Shown: positions 10,484 to 20,644, counted from the first letter of the stretch. The stretch: 64,000 nucleotides of DNA from an uncultured Parachlamydiaceae bacterium (GCA_963752155.1 CAVVXH010000005.1:1-64000); one strand, 5' to 3'. Translations and numbers: made by a program. Notes: generated by a model from the letters alone, not told the origin.

Positions 10484-10902
10484 CTCCTAAATAACAAGTT
10501 CGCGCCTTGCCATTGGTGCCTGACCTGATATTCTGACATTTGCCGATGCGATAACATTGCTTCCTAAAGGGCAAATGTCAGAATGTCAGGTCTGGAACCA
10601 AGGCTGGAACGTTACCCCCAAGATTTACGCAACTGAAAAAAACGTCGTTTTTAATTAATAACAAGATACTAAATTCTGAGAGGTAACGTTTAGCCTTGGT
10701 TCCAGACCTGACATTCTGACATTTGCCCTCCTGGGAGGTTACGTTATCATTGTAGGCAAATGTCAGAATATCAGGTCAGGCACCAATGGCAAGGCGCTTT
10801 AAAAATCTGTTATTTCCCGATAGGGGGCGCCGCTGGCAACTGTCTCGCTTTGCGTTTGATTTTTCTTAGTATTCCGCATCAGTCGATTTTGTTATTTAGA
10901 AG
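10484..10902. mobile_element. Non-coding nested-palindrome MITE-like element, family A (most complete copy)
   Basis: Ends CTCCTAAATAACAA / TTGTTATTTAGAAG; internal inverted arms GCGCCTTGCCATTGGTGCCTGACCTGATATTCTGACATTTGCC...; several further copies in the window. Confidence 0.8.
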
Positions 10903-11122
10903 AGCCATGTCCGCCATTACGAACCTTCTTTTCGAGCTGCCTCCAATCCGCTACCCGCCAATTACTGGAGGTAAAATCCCGTATAACAAGTCATGTTTGA
11001 GGTTTTCATGTATATGGGGATATTATATTTACCGGGGGGATTTCTCAATCGATGAAGAACGCCATATCTGTTTTATTCCCGCATGGACTGTTGGGTAAGC
11101 CTCTATAGATCTTTCTTATAAG

Positions 11123-11911
11123 TTAAAGCACCGATGCAATTTCTTTGATCAATGTCGACCAAACTTCATCTAATTCCTGAGCGTCTGCAAGTTCTTTCCC
11201 TTTTTTAAAGAAAACCTTCGCCCCCTCCAAGTCTCCCTTATGCAAACAACATTCACTTGCAAAAAGATAGGCTTCCATGAGATCAGGCTCCAATTCTATA
11301 GATGTTTCATAAGCCTTTAAAGCCATGTCATAATTCTCAAATCTTTGACTTGCTATCCCAAGACGGTACCAATATTCTGAATTTCCAGAATCTAAGGTAG
11401 TCAGCAATGTAAATATAGAGAGTGATGTCGAATAATCCCCTTCCTTATATTTCTCTATAGCCATCCCAAAGATCCCAGTCATCACTTCATCCGAAATATT
11501 CAACAATGTCTGAAAATTTTCTTCAACAGGTTGAGAAAGGTCCATGACTTCAAGTTTCGGAATGATTACATCAAATTCGTCGATCATCTCTTTGTAAAGT
11601 TCTGCTCCCAGATAATGTTCTCCCTCAGACCTTAAAGCCTTGAAAGCAGCCGTAATGTATCCTTCAATTTCAGGCATTTTCAAATTCGCTTTCATTTCTT
11701 CTCTGATTTGCTTCTTTTTCATTTCAGGAGAAATTAGAGTGCTCTTCCCAAACTCTTCTTCAAGATTTAAACTATCAATATACGCGTCAATCTGCTTTTC
11801 GATAGCTATATCAAAAGAATCTTTAGCTGGAGGAGGAGTGACCTCGTCAGATTTTTTATCTTTAGGAGTAAAATCTCCATGCATCATTGCTTCAAGATAG
11901 GGATCAGGCAT
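11123..11911 (-). CDS. TPR protein, SycD/LcrH class II T3SS chaperone-like C-terminus
   Basis: YKEGDYSTSLSIFTLLTTLDSGNSEYWYRLGIASQ ... YLFASECCLHKGD TPR pattern. Confidence 0.7.
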   Translation of the reverse strand: MPDPYLEAMMHGDFTPKDKKSDEVTPPPAKDSFDIAIEKQIDAYIDSLNLEEEFGKSTLISPEMKKKQIREEMKANLKMPEIEGYITAAFKALRSEGEHYLGAELYKEMIDEFDVIIPKLEVMDLSQPVEENFQTLLNISDEVMTGIFGMAIEKYKEGDYSTSLSIFTLLTTLDSGNSEYWYRLGIASQRFENYDMALKAYETSIELEPDLMEAYLFASECCLHKGDLEGAKVFFKKGKELADAQELDEVWSTLIKEIASVL

Positions 11912-12081
11912 ATTTAAATGACACTTTTTAAGTAAGATATACCAGGATGGTATACATGTTTAAATTTAATGTAATAAAAACTTCATTTATGCAAAACCAA
12001 AAACATCTCAAAATTTCAACTTGGCCTAAAATAGATAAGCTGGTGTAATGACGCAAAAGACCTCAACACAACCGAGAAAAT

Positions 12082-12732
12082 ATGGAAAATACTCCCCCTT
12101 TTACACCCCTCAATTTTTTTCAAATTAATATTGAAAGCCCACTTCTGCCCCCCAGTAAAGAGCCCCCCTTCTCACTCACCGCAAAGAACTCGGCTAAATA
12201 CCAACTCCCTAATCTCTCAGCCCTAACTGCTGAGACGATTTTTGCTGAAATTGCTTTTGGCTGGAGTTTTGAAGGGGTCGAGCTATTTGTAACTATCAAT
12301 CAACCTTATCTGAAATCGATCTTCCCACAACACGACAAAGGCGATAGCATAGAACTCTGCATCGATACGCGCGATGTCAAGACCTCCGGATACAACACTC
12401 GCTTTTGTCACCATTTTTTCTTTTTACCTGAAGCCGTTGAAGGTGTTCAAGCCGGAGAACTCACGAAATTTAGAACCGAAGATGCACACGAACTCTGCGA
12501 TCCTCAAGACCTAAAGGTGCACTCTACCTTTAAACCAAAAAGTTACTCCATGAACTGCTATATCCCCGCAAATTGCTTGCATGGGTATGATCCCGCGCAG
12601 TTCGATCGCTTAGGGATGACCTATCGGATCAACCGTGCAGGAGGCTCCCCCCAACATTTTTCTGTACTAGCAGAAGACTTTAAATTCCAAGAACAGCCCT
12701 CTTTATGGGGCAGTGTAAGGCTTTTACGATGA
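12082..12732 (+). CDS. Hypothetical protein, possibly CBM9/DOMON-like
   Basis: 216-aa ORF overlapping the gcvT start (ATGA); GDSIELCIDTRD ... FCHHFFFLP, W-rich end. Confidence 0.6.
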   Translation: MENTPPFTPLNFFQINIESPLLPPSKEPPFSLTAKNSAKYQLPNLSALTAETIFAEIAFGWSFEGVELFVTINQPYLKSIFPQHDKGDSIELCIDTRDVKTSGYNTRFCHHFFFLPEAVEGVQAGELTKFRTEDAHELCDPQDLKVHSTFKPKSYSMNCYIPANCLHGYDPAQFDRLGMTYRINRAGGSPQHFSVLAEDFKFQEQPSLWGSVRLLR

Positions 12733-13811
12733 AAACGGTCCTATACGATCAACACAAAGCTTTGGGAGCTCAATTTGTCGATTTTGGAGATTGGCAAATG
12801 CCTCTGCAGTACACCGGTATTCTCCAAGAGCACACGGCCGTACGCACAAAAGTAGGTCTATTTGATGTCTCCCATATGGGAAGAATTGCTATCGAAGGTA
12901 CGGATGCTGAACGTTTCATCGACTCCCTTTCAGCTAATAAAATTGTCGGTAAAAAAAATCTAACAGCAACCTACACAGTTCTTTGCTCAGATGCAGGGAC
13001 AGCCATCGATGACACCATTGTCTATCGCATTGATCAAACCCACTATTTCATGATCGCTAATGCTGCAAATCGACAGAAAGATCTAGCTCATCTCCAACGT
13101 TATAGCAAGGCTTTTAACGTTTCGATTATCCCCCATTATGATGAAGAAGGGATCCTCGCTATACAAGGACCCCTAGCTAAAAATATAATCACCCGACTTT
13201 TTCCAGAAAGCCATTCGCTGGAAAAAGCAATGCACTTTATGGAGATTTTCTTCCGAGAGAAAAAATTCTTTTTGTCTACTACAGGATACACTGGGGCCGG
13301 AGGCTACGAAATTTATGCTCCTCTTACGCTCATTGAGATCCTTTGGGATCTTCTTTTAACAGAAGGAACTCCTGAAAAGATTCTTCCCGCAGGCCTTGGA
13401 GCAAGAAATACTCTTCGTCTTGAAATGGGCTATGCGCTCTATGGTCATGAGATCGACGATTCGATCGCTCCTACAGAAAGTGTAGCAGCCTGGTGCGTAA
13501 AACTCGACCAAAGAGATTTTCTTGGAAAGTTAGCTTTGGTAGATTTAGAGAACTCTTCAGCTAAACGTTTCGCGTGTGGAATTGTTCTAATCGATCCTGG
13601 TGTTGCACGTGATGGTTATCTTATTTTCCAAAACGGAGAAGAGATCGGCAAAGTCACCTCAGGAACCTTTTCTCCAACGTTAAATCAATCCATTGCGCTA
13701 GCAATGACTCGGAAGCCATTAAACCCTAGCGATAGCGTTGAAGTTCAAATTCGAAATCGCTTTTGCGCCGCTAAAGTCACTCAAATACCCTTTATAAACA
13801 TCAAAGGATAA
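12729..13811 (+). CDS. gcvT: Glycine cleavage system T protein (aminomethyltransferase)
   Basis: FGDWQMPLQY, GLFDVSHMG, TGYTGAGGYE, GLGARNTLRLEMGYALYG. Confidence 0.97.
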   Translation: MKTVLYDQHKALGAQFVDFGDWQMPLQYTGILQEHTAVRTKVGLFDVSHMGRIAIEGTDAERFIDSLSANKIVGKKNLTATYTVLCSDAGTAIDDTIVYRIDQTHYFMIANAANRQKDLAHLQRYSKAFNVSIIPHYDEEGILAIQGPLAKNIITRLFPESHSLEKAMHFMEIFFREKKFFLSTTGYTGAGGYEIYAPLTLIEILWDLLLTEGTPEKILPAGLGARNTLRLEMGYALYGHEIDDSIAPTESVAAWCVKLDQRDFLGKLALVDLENSSAKRFACGIVLIDPGVARDGYLIFQNGEEIGKVTSGTFSPTLNQSIALAMTRKPLNPSDSVEVQIRNRFCAAKVTQIPFINIKG

Positions 13812-13814
13812 GGT

Positions 13815-14174
13815 ATGAAATTCACAGAATCACATGAATGGATAGAAGTAAACAACGATATCGGGACCATAGGGATCTCACAGCATGCTCAAAAAGAGCT
13901 AGGCGAGATTGTCTATGTAGAGCTTCCAGAAGAAGGGAAGCAGGTTCAGGCCGGAAAAGAAGCTGCTGTCCTAGAGTCCACTAAAGCCGCTGCAGATGTC
14001 TACTCGCCAGTTTCAGGAACCATCTTAAGCGTCAATAAAAATCTTGCCACTTCTCCGGATCTTGTCAACAGTTCCCCAGAAAAAGAAGGATGGATATTCA
14101 CCGTTAAGTTAAGCAATCCTAAAGAACTTGAGAATCTGATGACATCTGAAGCTTATTATTCCAAATTGCCCTAG
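13815..14174 (+). CDS. gcvH: Glycine cleavage system H protein
   Basis: FTESHEW, LGEIVYVELP, ESTKAAADVYSPVSG lipoyl motif. Confidence 0.97.
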   Translation: MKFTESHEWIEVNNDIGTIGISQHAQKELGEIVYVELPEEGKQVQAGKEAAVLESTKAAADVYSPVSGTILSVNKNLATSPDLVNSSPEKEGWIFTVKLSNPKELENLMTSEAYYSKLP

Positions 14175-14193
14175 CACAATGAAGTGAGCCACT

Positions 14194-15552
14194 ATGGATT
14201 TTATTTCGAACCAAAAGCCGCAGATCGAAGAAATGTTGCAGGAGATAGGCATCAGCTGCATCGAAGAACTCTTCGACGCCATCCCTCAATCTCTTAAAAT
14301 TCCTTCCCCTGTAGAAGATGACGGCCTCTCGGAATCTGAAGGACTTCAACTCATGCAGAGTCTTGCTAATTTGAATAGTTATCAACATTTTGACAACTAT
14401 CTGGGTGCCGGAGCCTATGAACACTACATTCCAGCCTTAGTGGATGCCATTTGCAGTCGCTCTGAATTTCTGACCGCCTACACCCCCTACCAAGCTGAAG
14501 CTTCTCAAGGGATGCTGCAAGCCACTTATGAATATCAAAAAGTTGTATGTGCCCTCACAGGAATGGATGTTTCTAATGCTTCTCTATATGATGGAGCTTC
14601 AGCGTGCGCTGAAGCACTTTTAATGGCCCTCCGTTTACAAAAAGGGCGTCAGGAAATTCTCATCTCACCAACATTACATCCAAGCTATCGATCTGTGATT
14701 GAACAATATCTTGGCAGTCACTCAATAGAGATCAAAACACTTCCTCAGACCCCTTCCTGGCAAATCGATTCAACTGCACTAACCCCTCTAATCAACGAAA
14801 AAACGATTGCAGTGATCGTTCAATCGCCTAATTTTCTGGGGGTCATGGAGGATGTTTCAAAGATCTCCCATGACATTAAAGACAAAGGGGCGTTGCTCAT
14901 CATGGTCTCTAATCCCCTCAGCTATGGAATCTATGCCTCTGCAAGAGAACTTGGAGCCGACATTGCCGTGGGAGATTGTCAACCTTTTGGGTTGCCATTA
15001 CATTTTGGGGGTCCTTATGTTGGATATCTAGCCTGTTGCAAAGAATTCATTCGTCAAATGCCCGGACGTTTTGTTGGAGAAACGATCGATTCGGAAGGAA
15101 AAAGAGGGTTTATACTGACATTGCAAGCTAGAGAGCAGCATATCCGACGAGAAAAAGCCACATCTAATATCTGTACAAATCAAGCTTTGGCAGCATTAGC
15201 AAGTTTAGTTGCAATTGCATGGTATGGCAAGAAAGGAATTCCGGCATTGGCACAAACAAATTTTGCCCGATGTTGTTATCTTAAAGAAAAATTACTCGAG
15301 CTAAAAAGCAAAGAGGTTCCTGGAGTTTCTCTGCTCAGCACAGGATCAAATTTCAATGAGTTTGCTATGACATTTGGAGTTCCTTTCCAACAGGTCCAAA
15401 ACCACTTCCGCAAACATCATATTGAACCTGGGCTTGCTCTAGGAGACTTTGACCGTAAATTATCGGATTATTTTTTAATTGCCGTTACAGAAACTAAATC
15501 GAAGGCTCAGCTTGATCGCTATGTAGAAATCGCTGCAACCTTGAGAGGCTAA
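14194..15552 (+). CDS. gcvPA: Glycine dehydrogenase subunit 1
   Basis: YLGAGAYEH, FLTAYTPYQAEASQG, REQHIRREKATSNICTNQAL. Confidence 0.96.
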   Translation: MDFISNQKPQIEEMLQEIGISCIEELFDAIPQSLKIPSPVEDDGLSESEGLQLMQSLANLNSYQHFDNYLGAGAYEHYIPALVDAICSRSEFLTAYTPYQAEASQGMLQATYEYQKVVCALTGMDVSNASLYDGASACAEALLMALRLQKGRQEILISPTLHPSYRSVIEQYLGSHSIEIKTLPQTPSWQIDSTALTPLINEKTIAVIVQSPNFLGVMEDVSKISHDIKDKGALLIMVSNPLSYGIYASARELGADIAVGDCQPFGLPLHFGGPYVGYLACCKEFIRQMPGRFVGETIDSEGKRGFILTLQAREQHIRREKATSNICTNQALAALASLVAIAWYGKKGIPALAQTNFARCCYLKEKLLELKSKEVPGVSLLSTGSNFNEFAMTFGVPFQQVQNHFRKHHIEPGLALGDFDRKLSDYFLIAVTETKSKAQLDRYVEIAATLRG

Positions 15553-16989
15553 ATGAATAAAACGCTCTTTGAAAAATCTCAGACAAATCAACATGCTTAT
15601 AGTCTAGCTAAAGATTGGGAAGACCTCAATAGGTATACTCCAGACCCCCAACTAAAACGAAAGACACCTCTCGATCTTCCTGAACTTTCTGAAATCGATC
15701 TCACTCGCCACTTTGTACAGCTCTCAAAACGCAACATGGGGATTGATACCAACTTCTATCCATTGGGAAGTTGCACGATGAAGCTCAATCCACGCATTAA
15801 TGAAGTGGCAGCCAAGCTCCCAGGTTTCACAAAAGTTCATCCCCTAGCACCCGATGAAGCAAGTCAGGGGTGCTTACAAGTCATTGATGAACTGATCACC
15901 ATTCTTTGTGAACTCACCGGGATGACAGCTGGCTCGTTGTTGCCGAATGCGGGTTCACAGGGGGAATTCACAGGGATTCAAATGATCGTCGCTTATCATC
16001 GACGCAACGGAGACCTTGACCGCACCGAAATGCTCATCCCAGACAGCGCACACGGAACAAACCCTGCATCTGCTACGATGTCAGGACTGACCACAAAGAC
16101 AATTCGCTCTACACCTACCGGAGATATAGATCTGGAAGAGCTCCGTAAAGCAGCCTCTTCAAAGACTGCAGGGTTGATGCTCACTAATCCAAATACTTTG
16201 GGTCTCTTCAGCCCGCAAATTCTAGAAATTGCCGCAGTCGTTCACCAAGCTGGAGGCCTTCTTTATTACGATGGAGCTAACTTAAATCCTCTTTTAAATA
16301 TTGTTCGACCGGGCGAAATGGGGTTTGATGTGATGCACATTAACCTGCACAAAACATTTTCAACACCGCATGGAGGCGGGGGGCCGGGTTCGGGACCCGT
16401 CCTGTGCAATGATAAACTCAAACCCTTTCTTCCGACTCCGCAAGTTGAAAAAAATGGAGACACCTATAAAGTTGTACGAAACAAAGAAATGAGCATAGGC
16501 TCGATGGCGAGCTTCCATGGAAACTTTGGGATCTATTTACGAGCTTATCTGTACGCACGTCTTCATGGACATTATGGACTAAGACGCATTGCAGAGAATG
16601 CAGTCTTAAACGCCAATTATCTGAAGAAAAAATTGAGTCGTTTATTGACAGATCCGTATCCACAAAATTGCATGCACGAGTTTGTATTGCAAGCGGACAA
16701 TTACGCCGATCGAAACATCAAAGCGTTGGACATCGCCAAACGCCTTCTCGATTACGGATTCCATGCCCCGACAATCTATTTTCCATTGATAGTGAAGGAA
16801 TGTCTGCTCATAGAGCCTACAGAATGTGAATCTAAGGCAACACTTGATGCCTTTGTTGCAGCGATGGAAGCAATTGTTGCGGAAATAGTCTCTAATCCTG
16901 AAATTGTGGCAACTGCGCCTCATAGTTTGCCGGTTTCCCGCCTCAATGAGGTCTATGCAGCTAAAAAGGCAATGAGTTTCGGTAGCTAA
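15553..16989 (+). CDS. gcvPB: Glycine dehydrogenase subunit 2
   Basis: FYPLGSCTMKLNP, SAHGTNPASA, HINLHKTFSTPHGGGGPG (PLP lysine). Confidence 0.96.
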   Translation: MNKTLFEKSQTNQHAYSLAKDWEDLNRYTPDPQLKRKTPLDLPELSEIDLTRHFVQLSKRNMGIDTNFYPLGSCTMKLNPRINEVAAKLPGFTKVHPLAPDEASQGCLQVIDELITILCELTGMTAGSLLPNAGSQGEFTGIQMIVAYHRRNGDLDRTEMLIPDSAHGTNPASATMSGLTTKTIRSTPTGDIDLEELRKAASSKTAGLMLTNPNTLGLFSPQILEIAAVVHQAGGLLYYDGANLNPLLNIVRPGEMGFDVMHINLHKTFSTPHGGGGPGSGPVLCNDKLKPFLPTPQVEKNGDTYKVVRNKEMSIGSMASFHGNFGIYLRAYLYARLHGHYGLRRIAENAVLNANYLKKKLSRLLTDPYPQNCMHEFVLQADNYADRNIKALDIAKRLLDYGFHAPTIYFPLIVKECLLIEPTECESKATLDAFVAAMEAIVAEIVSNPEIVATAPHSLPVSRLNEVYAAKKAMSFGS

Positions 16990-17192
16990 AGACAGGATTC
17001 AATGCCAAGTTTTGTGCCATACCTCATATTCAGCTTGCTTAGTCATAGCTCTTTCTTCAAAGATTGTGGTGTAATAGGTCTAATGTACAAAAAAAACGAG
17101 TTTATGTAGTGCATTAAAGCCTAATACACCTTAAAAACACCACAATATAGTGTATTAGGCTTAATGTACAACAAAAAATGCTATAAAAATGA

Positions 17193-17342
17193 GAATCTAA
17201 GGCAATACTTGATGCCTTTGTTGAAGCGATGGAAGCAATTGTTGCGGAAATAGTCTCTAATCCCGAAATTGTGGCAACTGCGCCTCATAGTTTGCCGGTT
17301 TCTCGGCTCAATGAGGTCTATGCAGCTAAAAAGGCAATGAGT
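17193..17342 (+). repeat. 150-bp direct duplicate of the gcvPB 3' end (16828-16977)
   Basis: GAATCTAAGGCAA...AAGGCAATGAGT repeated with about 5 substitutions. Confidence 0.95.
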
Positions 17343-17361
17343 CTAGATCTTTAAACTGTTT

Positions 17362-18534
17362 TTATTGATTGCTGGATTTACTAAAACGTAGCACTCCAAT
17401 AGCTCCAAAGAAGTTACCATGTACGTGACGGTTTATAATTCTACACGTGGAAAAACAGATATTTTTTTCTCCATCGAATTTCCTTGTAGCGACAAAGCCA
17501 ATTCCGTCAGCAAATTCTTCTTGACAATGCATAAAAGTACTATGATCAGGGTCTTTATCAGTATAAGTTTCTTTTAATATGGCCAGATGTGCAAAGGAAA
17601 CTACCGCTTCCAATGTGGTTGGTAACGTGTAGTGAACTCTATTTTCTTTAGAGATATTCATCAACCTTTCTTTTTGTTCATCTTTGGTTTTATTTCTGGT
17701 CCCATTAATAAGATCAGATCCGCCAATAATATCTTTTTTTATAAGAATCCAATATGACTTCTCATTAGGGTCCACAAATGATGATACATTTTTAGGGAAA
17801 TTTTTAGAGGTAAAAAAACAAATAGGGAAATTTGAAAAATATTTTAAAAAACTATTTGTTGTGAGATTTTCAAGACTTTTTAAAGATAAATCTTTAGGAA
17901 TTAATGTAAGTATATGGGTATCGCGCACTTTTTTAGCAGGATCTGCCGGGCAAGGTCCATTTAAGATTTGAATGATGTCATGAGGAAGTGGCGGTTCAAT
18001 TACGACATTCAAGCCCAGATATTTATGCCATTCTTTCTTGCCAAAAGTTATTTCCTTAAAAGCTGCTTTTCTTTCCTCATTGATCTTAGAAACCATTCCA
18101 TGGCATCCTTTACTGACTTGAGAAAAAGCGTGAAGATTTTTGAAATCCAAGTAGAGAGCAATTTTCAAAAAAATATCGGAATATAAAAGATCTGATTTAA
18201 TTTCCGGTGAATATGTGACTATAGAACTTATATATTGAAACCTGGAATGAAACTCGCGACAGGCGGCAATTGCGACATAGATGGCAATCACCACGACTCC
18301 AAAAGAAATACCAATACAAATAGAGAAACTAAGCTGAACTGCCAAGTTGACAGCAGAAAATTCAATACCACTGTAACATGCTGATGCTACGAGAATCCCA
18401 AATGCCTCTACAGCAACCAAAATAACGAGGTGGTTGACCTTATCTCTTCTGGTCAGATAAAAGAAGTCAGGTCGTTCATCAAACAAGGAATGCAATGTCT
18501 GAATGATTTGCTTCCCTAGATTTGCTATTTCCAT
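17362..18534 (-). CDS. F-box-like domain protein with N-terminal hydrophobic segments (effector-like)
   Basis: LLYSDIFLKIALYLDFKNLHAFSQVSKGCH resembles an F-box; two N-terminal TM-like stretches. Confidence 0.65.
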   Translation of the reverse strand: MEIANLGKQIIQTLHSLFDERPDFFYLTRRDKVNHLVILVAVEAFGILVASACYSGIEFSAVNLAVQLSFSICIGISFGVVVIAIYVAIAACREFHSRFQYISSIVTYSPEIKSDLLYSDIFLKIALYLDFKNLHAFSQVSKGCHGMVSKINEERKAAFKEITFGKKEWHKYLGLNVVIEPPLPHDIIQILNGPCPADPAKKVRDTHILTLIPKDLSLKSLENLTTNSFLKYFSNFPICFFTSKNFPKNVSSFVDPNEKSYWILIKKDIIGGSDLINGTRNKTKDEQKERLMNISKENRVHYTLPTTLEAVVSFAHLAILKETYTDKDPDHSTFMHCQEEFADGIGFVATRKFDGEKNICFSTCRIINRHVHGNFFGAIGVLRFSKSSNQ

Positions 18535-18773
18535 AAAGGCTACTCGTAATACATAAATTAATTTGTTGTTTTTTAATAGAATATCTAAACCTTAGAGTAT
18601 AACAACTGAAAGTTTTCAGTCAATTAAAAATTAAAAAGGGTGTGATTGGGTGTATTAAACTATCTTGCAAAATTTTCTACAGCTCCAAGTCTGAAGATGT
18701 CGCTTTTTAGTTTGACATCCTAAGCCAAAAAATATATATAAAATCTTTAACCTTTTGAAATTAAGGAGCCTAT

Positions 18774-19211
18774 ATGATGTCGTGTTCTGAAAACACTTGT
18801 TGTTCGTTCTCAATGCTACTTGGAAGACTTTGCCTTTGCACAATTTTTATTTTATCCGGAATCGGGAAATTTCTTCATCCCGACGCAACATCACTCTACA
18901 TGGCCGCTAAGGGGATGCCTTTAATTCCTTTTTTCTTATACAGTTCAGCTATTCTTGAAGTCTTGGGAGGAGCGCTACTGCTGTTTGGCTGTAAAATCAG
19001 GTGGACTGCATCAATCATCGCTCTCTATCTAATACCTGTGACAATTATATTTCACAAATTTTGGGGCATCAATCCTCCGGAATCTGAATTACAACTCATT
19101 GAATTCCTCAAAAACTTAGCCATTATTGGTGGTTTGCTTTATATCGCAGCTACAGGAGCGGGCAAATTAAGTATCGATTATCTATTCGGTACAGAGACCT
19201 GCAGAAGATAA
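18774..19211 (+). CDS. DoxX family membrane protein
   Basis: LLGRLCLCTIFILSGIGK, FLKNLAIIGGLL, GAGKLSID. Confidence 0.9.
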   Translation: MMSCSENTCCSFSMLLGRLCLCTIFILSGIGKFLHPDATSLYMAAKGMPLIPFFLYSSAILEVLGGALLLFGCKIRWTASIIALYLIPVTIIFHKFWGINPPESELQLIEFLKNLAIIGGLLYIAATGAGKLSIDYLFGTETCRR

Positions 19212-19230
19212 TAATGTAAATGATTGAGTG

Positions 19231-19298
19231 TCAGCAATTCCCGCTAAACTTTCGGGCACGCACGCGGGCACGGGCATGAAAATTAGCGGGAATTGCTG
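19231..19298. repeat. REP-like palindrome family C (TCAGCAATTCCCGCTAA...TTAGCGGGAATTGCTGA)
   Basis: Perfect 17-bp inverted arms; related copies at ~21223-21255, ~32008-32165 and ~47244-47295. Confidence 0.8.
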
Positions 19299-19339
19299 AG
19301 ATTATGTCAATCTCTCGAAGGAAATGAAACCATAGAAAT

Positions 19340-20197
19340 ATGATCATCGATCAAGCAATCACAGTTCTTGCACAAGATTTAGATCTCAAGGCTATCCTGT
19401 TGTACGGGTCTTATGCGCAAAATATGCAGGATGAAAAATCCGATTTTGATCTCTTGGTAATTCTCAAAACAATTCCCCTTCCAAATGCTAGACAAAATAC
19501 TTATAAAAAAATCCCCCATGCGAAGATTGTCGAAATTGCCCCATCCACTCTTCAACTGTGCAATGGTTGGGATAACTCCTGGTCACCCATTAATGATAAA
19601 CTGCTAATTCACAGTAAAAAAGTAGAGATTGGTTACAACACAACCGCTTGGGTCAATTGCGTGGTCAAAAAACTTATTGTAAAGCATCAGATTACCTTCA
19701 AGGAATTTCCCTTTAGACCTTATACCTTCCTTGGCCTTTTGGAGTCCTGTAAAATTCTGTACGATAAAAAACATTTTGTTCAAAAAATCCGATCTCAAAT
19801 TAAGCCTATTCCTCAGGCGTTAAAAGAGACGATCATTGAGGAGTTTTTTCCTATTCTTCTCGAAGCCCATGAAGAACTTAAAGATTATTCAGCAAGAAAT
19901 ATAGGAATCCTAGCTTACCAATTCCATTTGTTCCGGGGAATAGATGCGCTTATCCAAATTTTATTTGCTTATAATGATGTATATGATCCTGCTTTTAAGA
20001 GAATGGAGCCTTTTCTTTTTAAACTTAAGAAGCTTCCTCCGCATCTGGAAAGTTTTGTGCTTAATGTGCTTCCGAGATTTTTTGAAAAACAAAAAGAAAT
20101 ATCCCAATTTTTGGAAGAAGCCATCCAATTCGTACGAAGATTATCTATAACAAAAATCAAACTATGCCAGAAAGCAGAACAAGGATCCGCAAAATAG
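19340..20197 (+). CDS. Nucleotidyltransferase domain protein (Pol-beta NT fold plus helical domain, DUF4037-like)
   Basis: LLYGSYAQNMQDEKSDFDLLV is the GS...DxD NTase motif. Confidence 0.75.
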   Translation: MIIDQAITVLAQDLDLKAILLYGSYAQNMQDEKSDFDLLVILKTIPLPNARQNTYKKIPHAKIVEIAPSTLQLCNGWDNSWSPINDKLLIHSKKVEIGYNTTAWVNCVVKKLIVKHQITFKEFPFRPYTFLGLLESCKILYDKKHFVQKIRSQIKPIPQALKETIIEEFFPILLEAHEELKDYSARNIGILAYQFHLFRGIDALIQILFAYNDVYDPAFKRMEPFLFKLKKLPPHLESFVLNVLPRFFEKQKEISQFLEEAIQFVRRLSITKIKLCQKAEQGSAK

Positions 20198-20219
20198 TCT
20201 AAACCACTGTGTGAAGTCA

Positions 20220-20320
20220 TAACCTTGCCATTTCTCCCCCCCCCCCATTTCTGGATCCAAAATATGTGACTTCTAATTAAGTATGCACCCCTGATTATAA
20301 CATCCAAAAACTTTTTGGAG
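20220..20320. repeat. Repeat family B fragment
   Basis: AACCTTGCCATTTC...GGATCCAAAATATGTGACTTCTAATTAAGTATGCACCCCTGATTATAACATCC matches 41906-42000 and the inverse of 42250-42345. Confidence 0.85.
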
Positions 20321-20397
20321 CCCCCAGCGACCAGCGGGCGCTAATATCAAGAAGTAAACTCAAAAGCTTACTCAGAAGTGCTGTGGCTCTGCCCATC

Positions 20398-20612
20398 CTA
20401 TTACCCATAAGTCATATTTTTGCCTTTTAGTGCATATTTGAGTGGAAAAAAATCTTCAATAAGTTTTAGCTGATAGAAAATTTACTGGAGATTGGCTATG
20501 AGTTGGGTAGAAGATGAGATGGAAATTTGTAGATTTAGGAGACCGTCGCTTAAATCAAAGAGTCGTTAATATCCTTGAAAGATTAGGGCTTGCACTCGGA
20601 CGAAGTATACCT
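20398..20612 (+). pseudogene. IS4-family (IS50/Tn5-like) left end and transposase N-terminal remnant
   Basis: IR-like CTATTACCCATAAGT at 20398; ATG 20498 gives MSWVEDEM, then a frameshift to KFVDLGDRRLNQRVVNILERLGLALGRSIP; truncated just before a family A element. Confidence 0.75.
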
Positions 20613-20644
20613 CGTACTAAAACAGAAAAGTTTAATTTTTTTTT

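Noticed and set aside
10760..11098. ORFs overlapping repeats (also 19969-20307, 41867-42055, 42258-42482, 61809-62231)
   Set aside because: Their mutual similarity derives from the non-coding repeat sequence
17137..17154. NrdR-box-like ACACCACAATATAGTGT
   Set aside because: Imperfect match and no ribonucleotide reductase gene nearby; better explained as part of the local repeats
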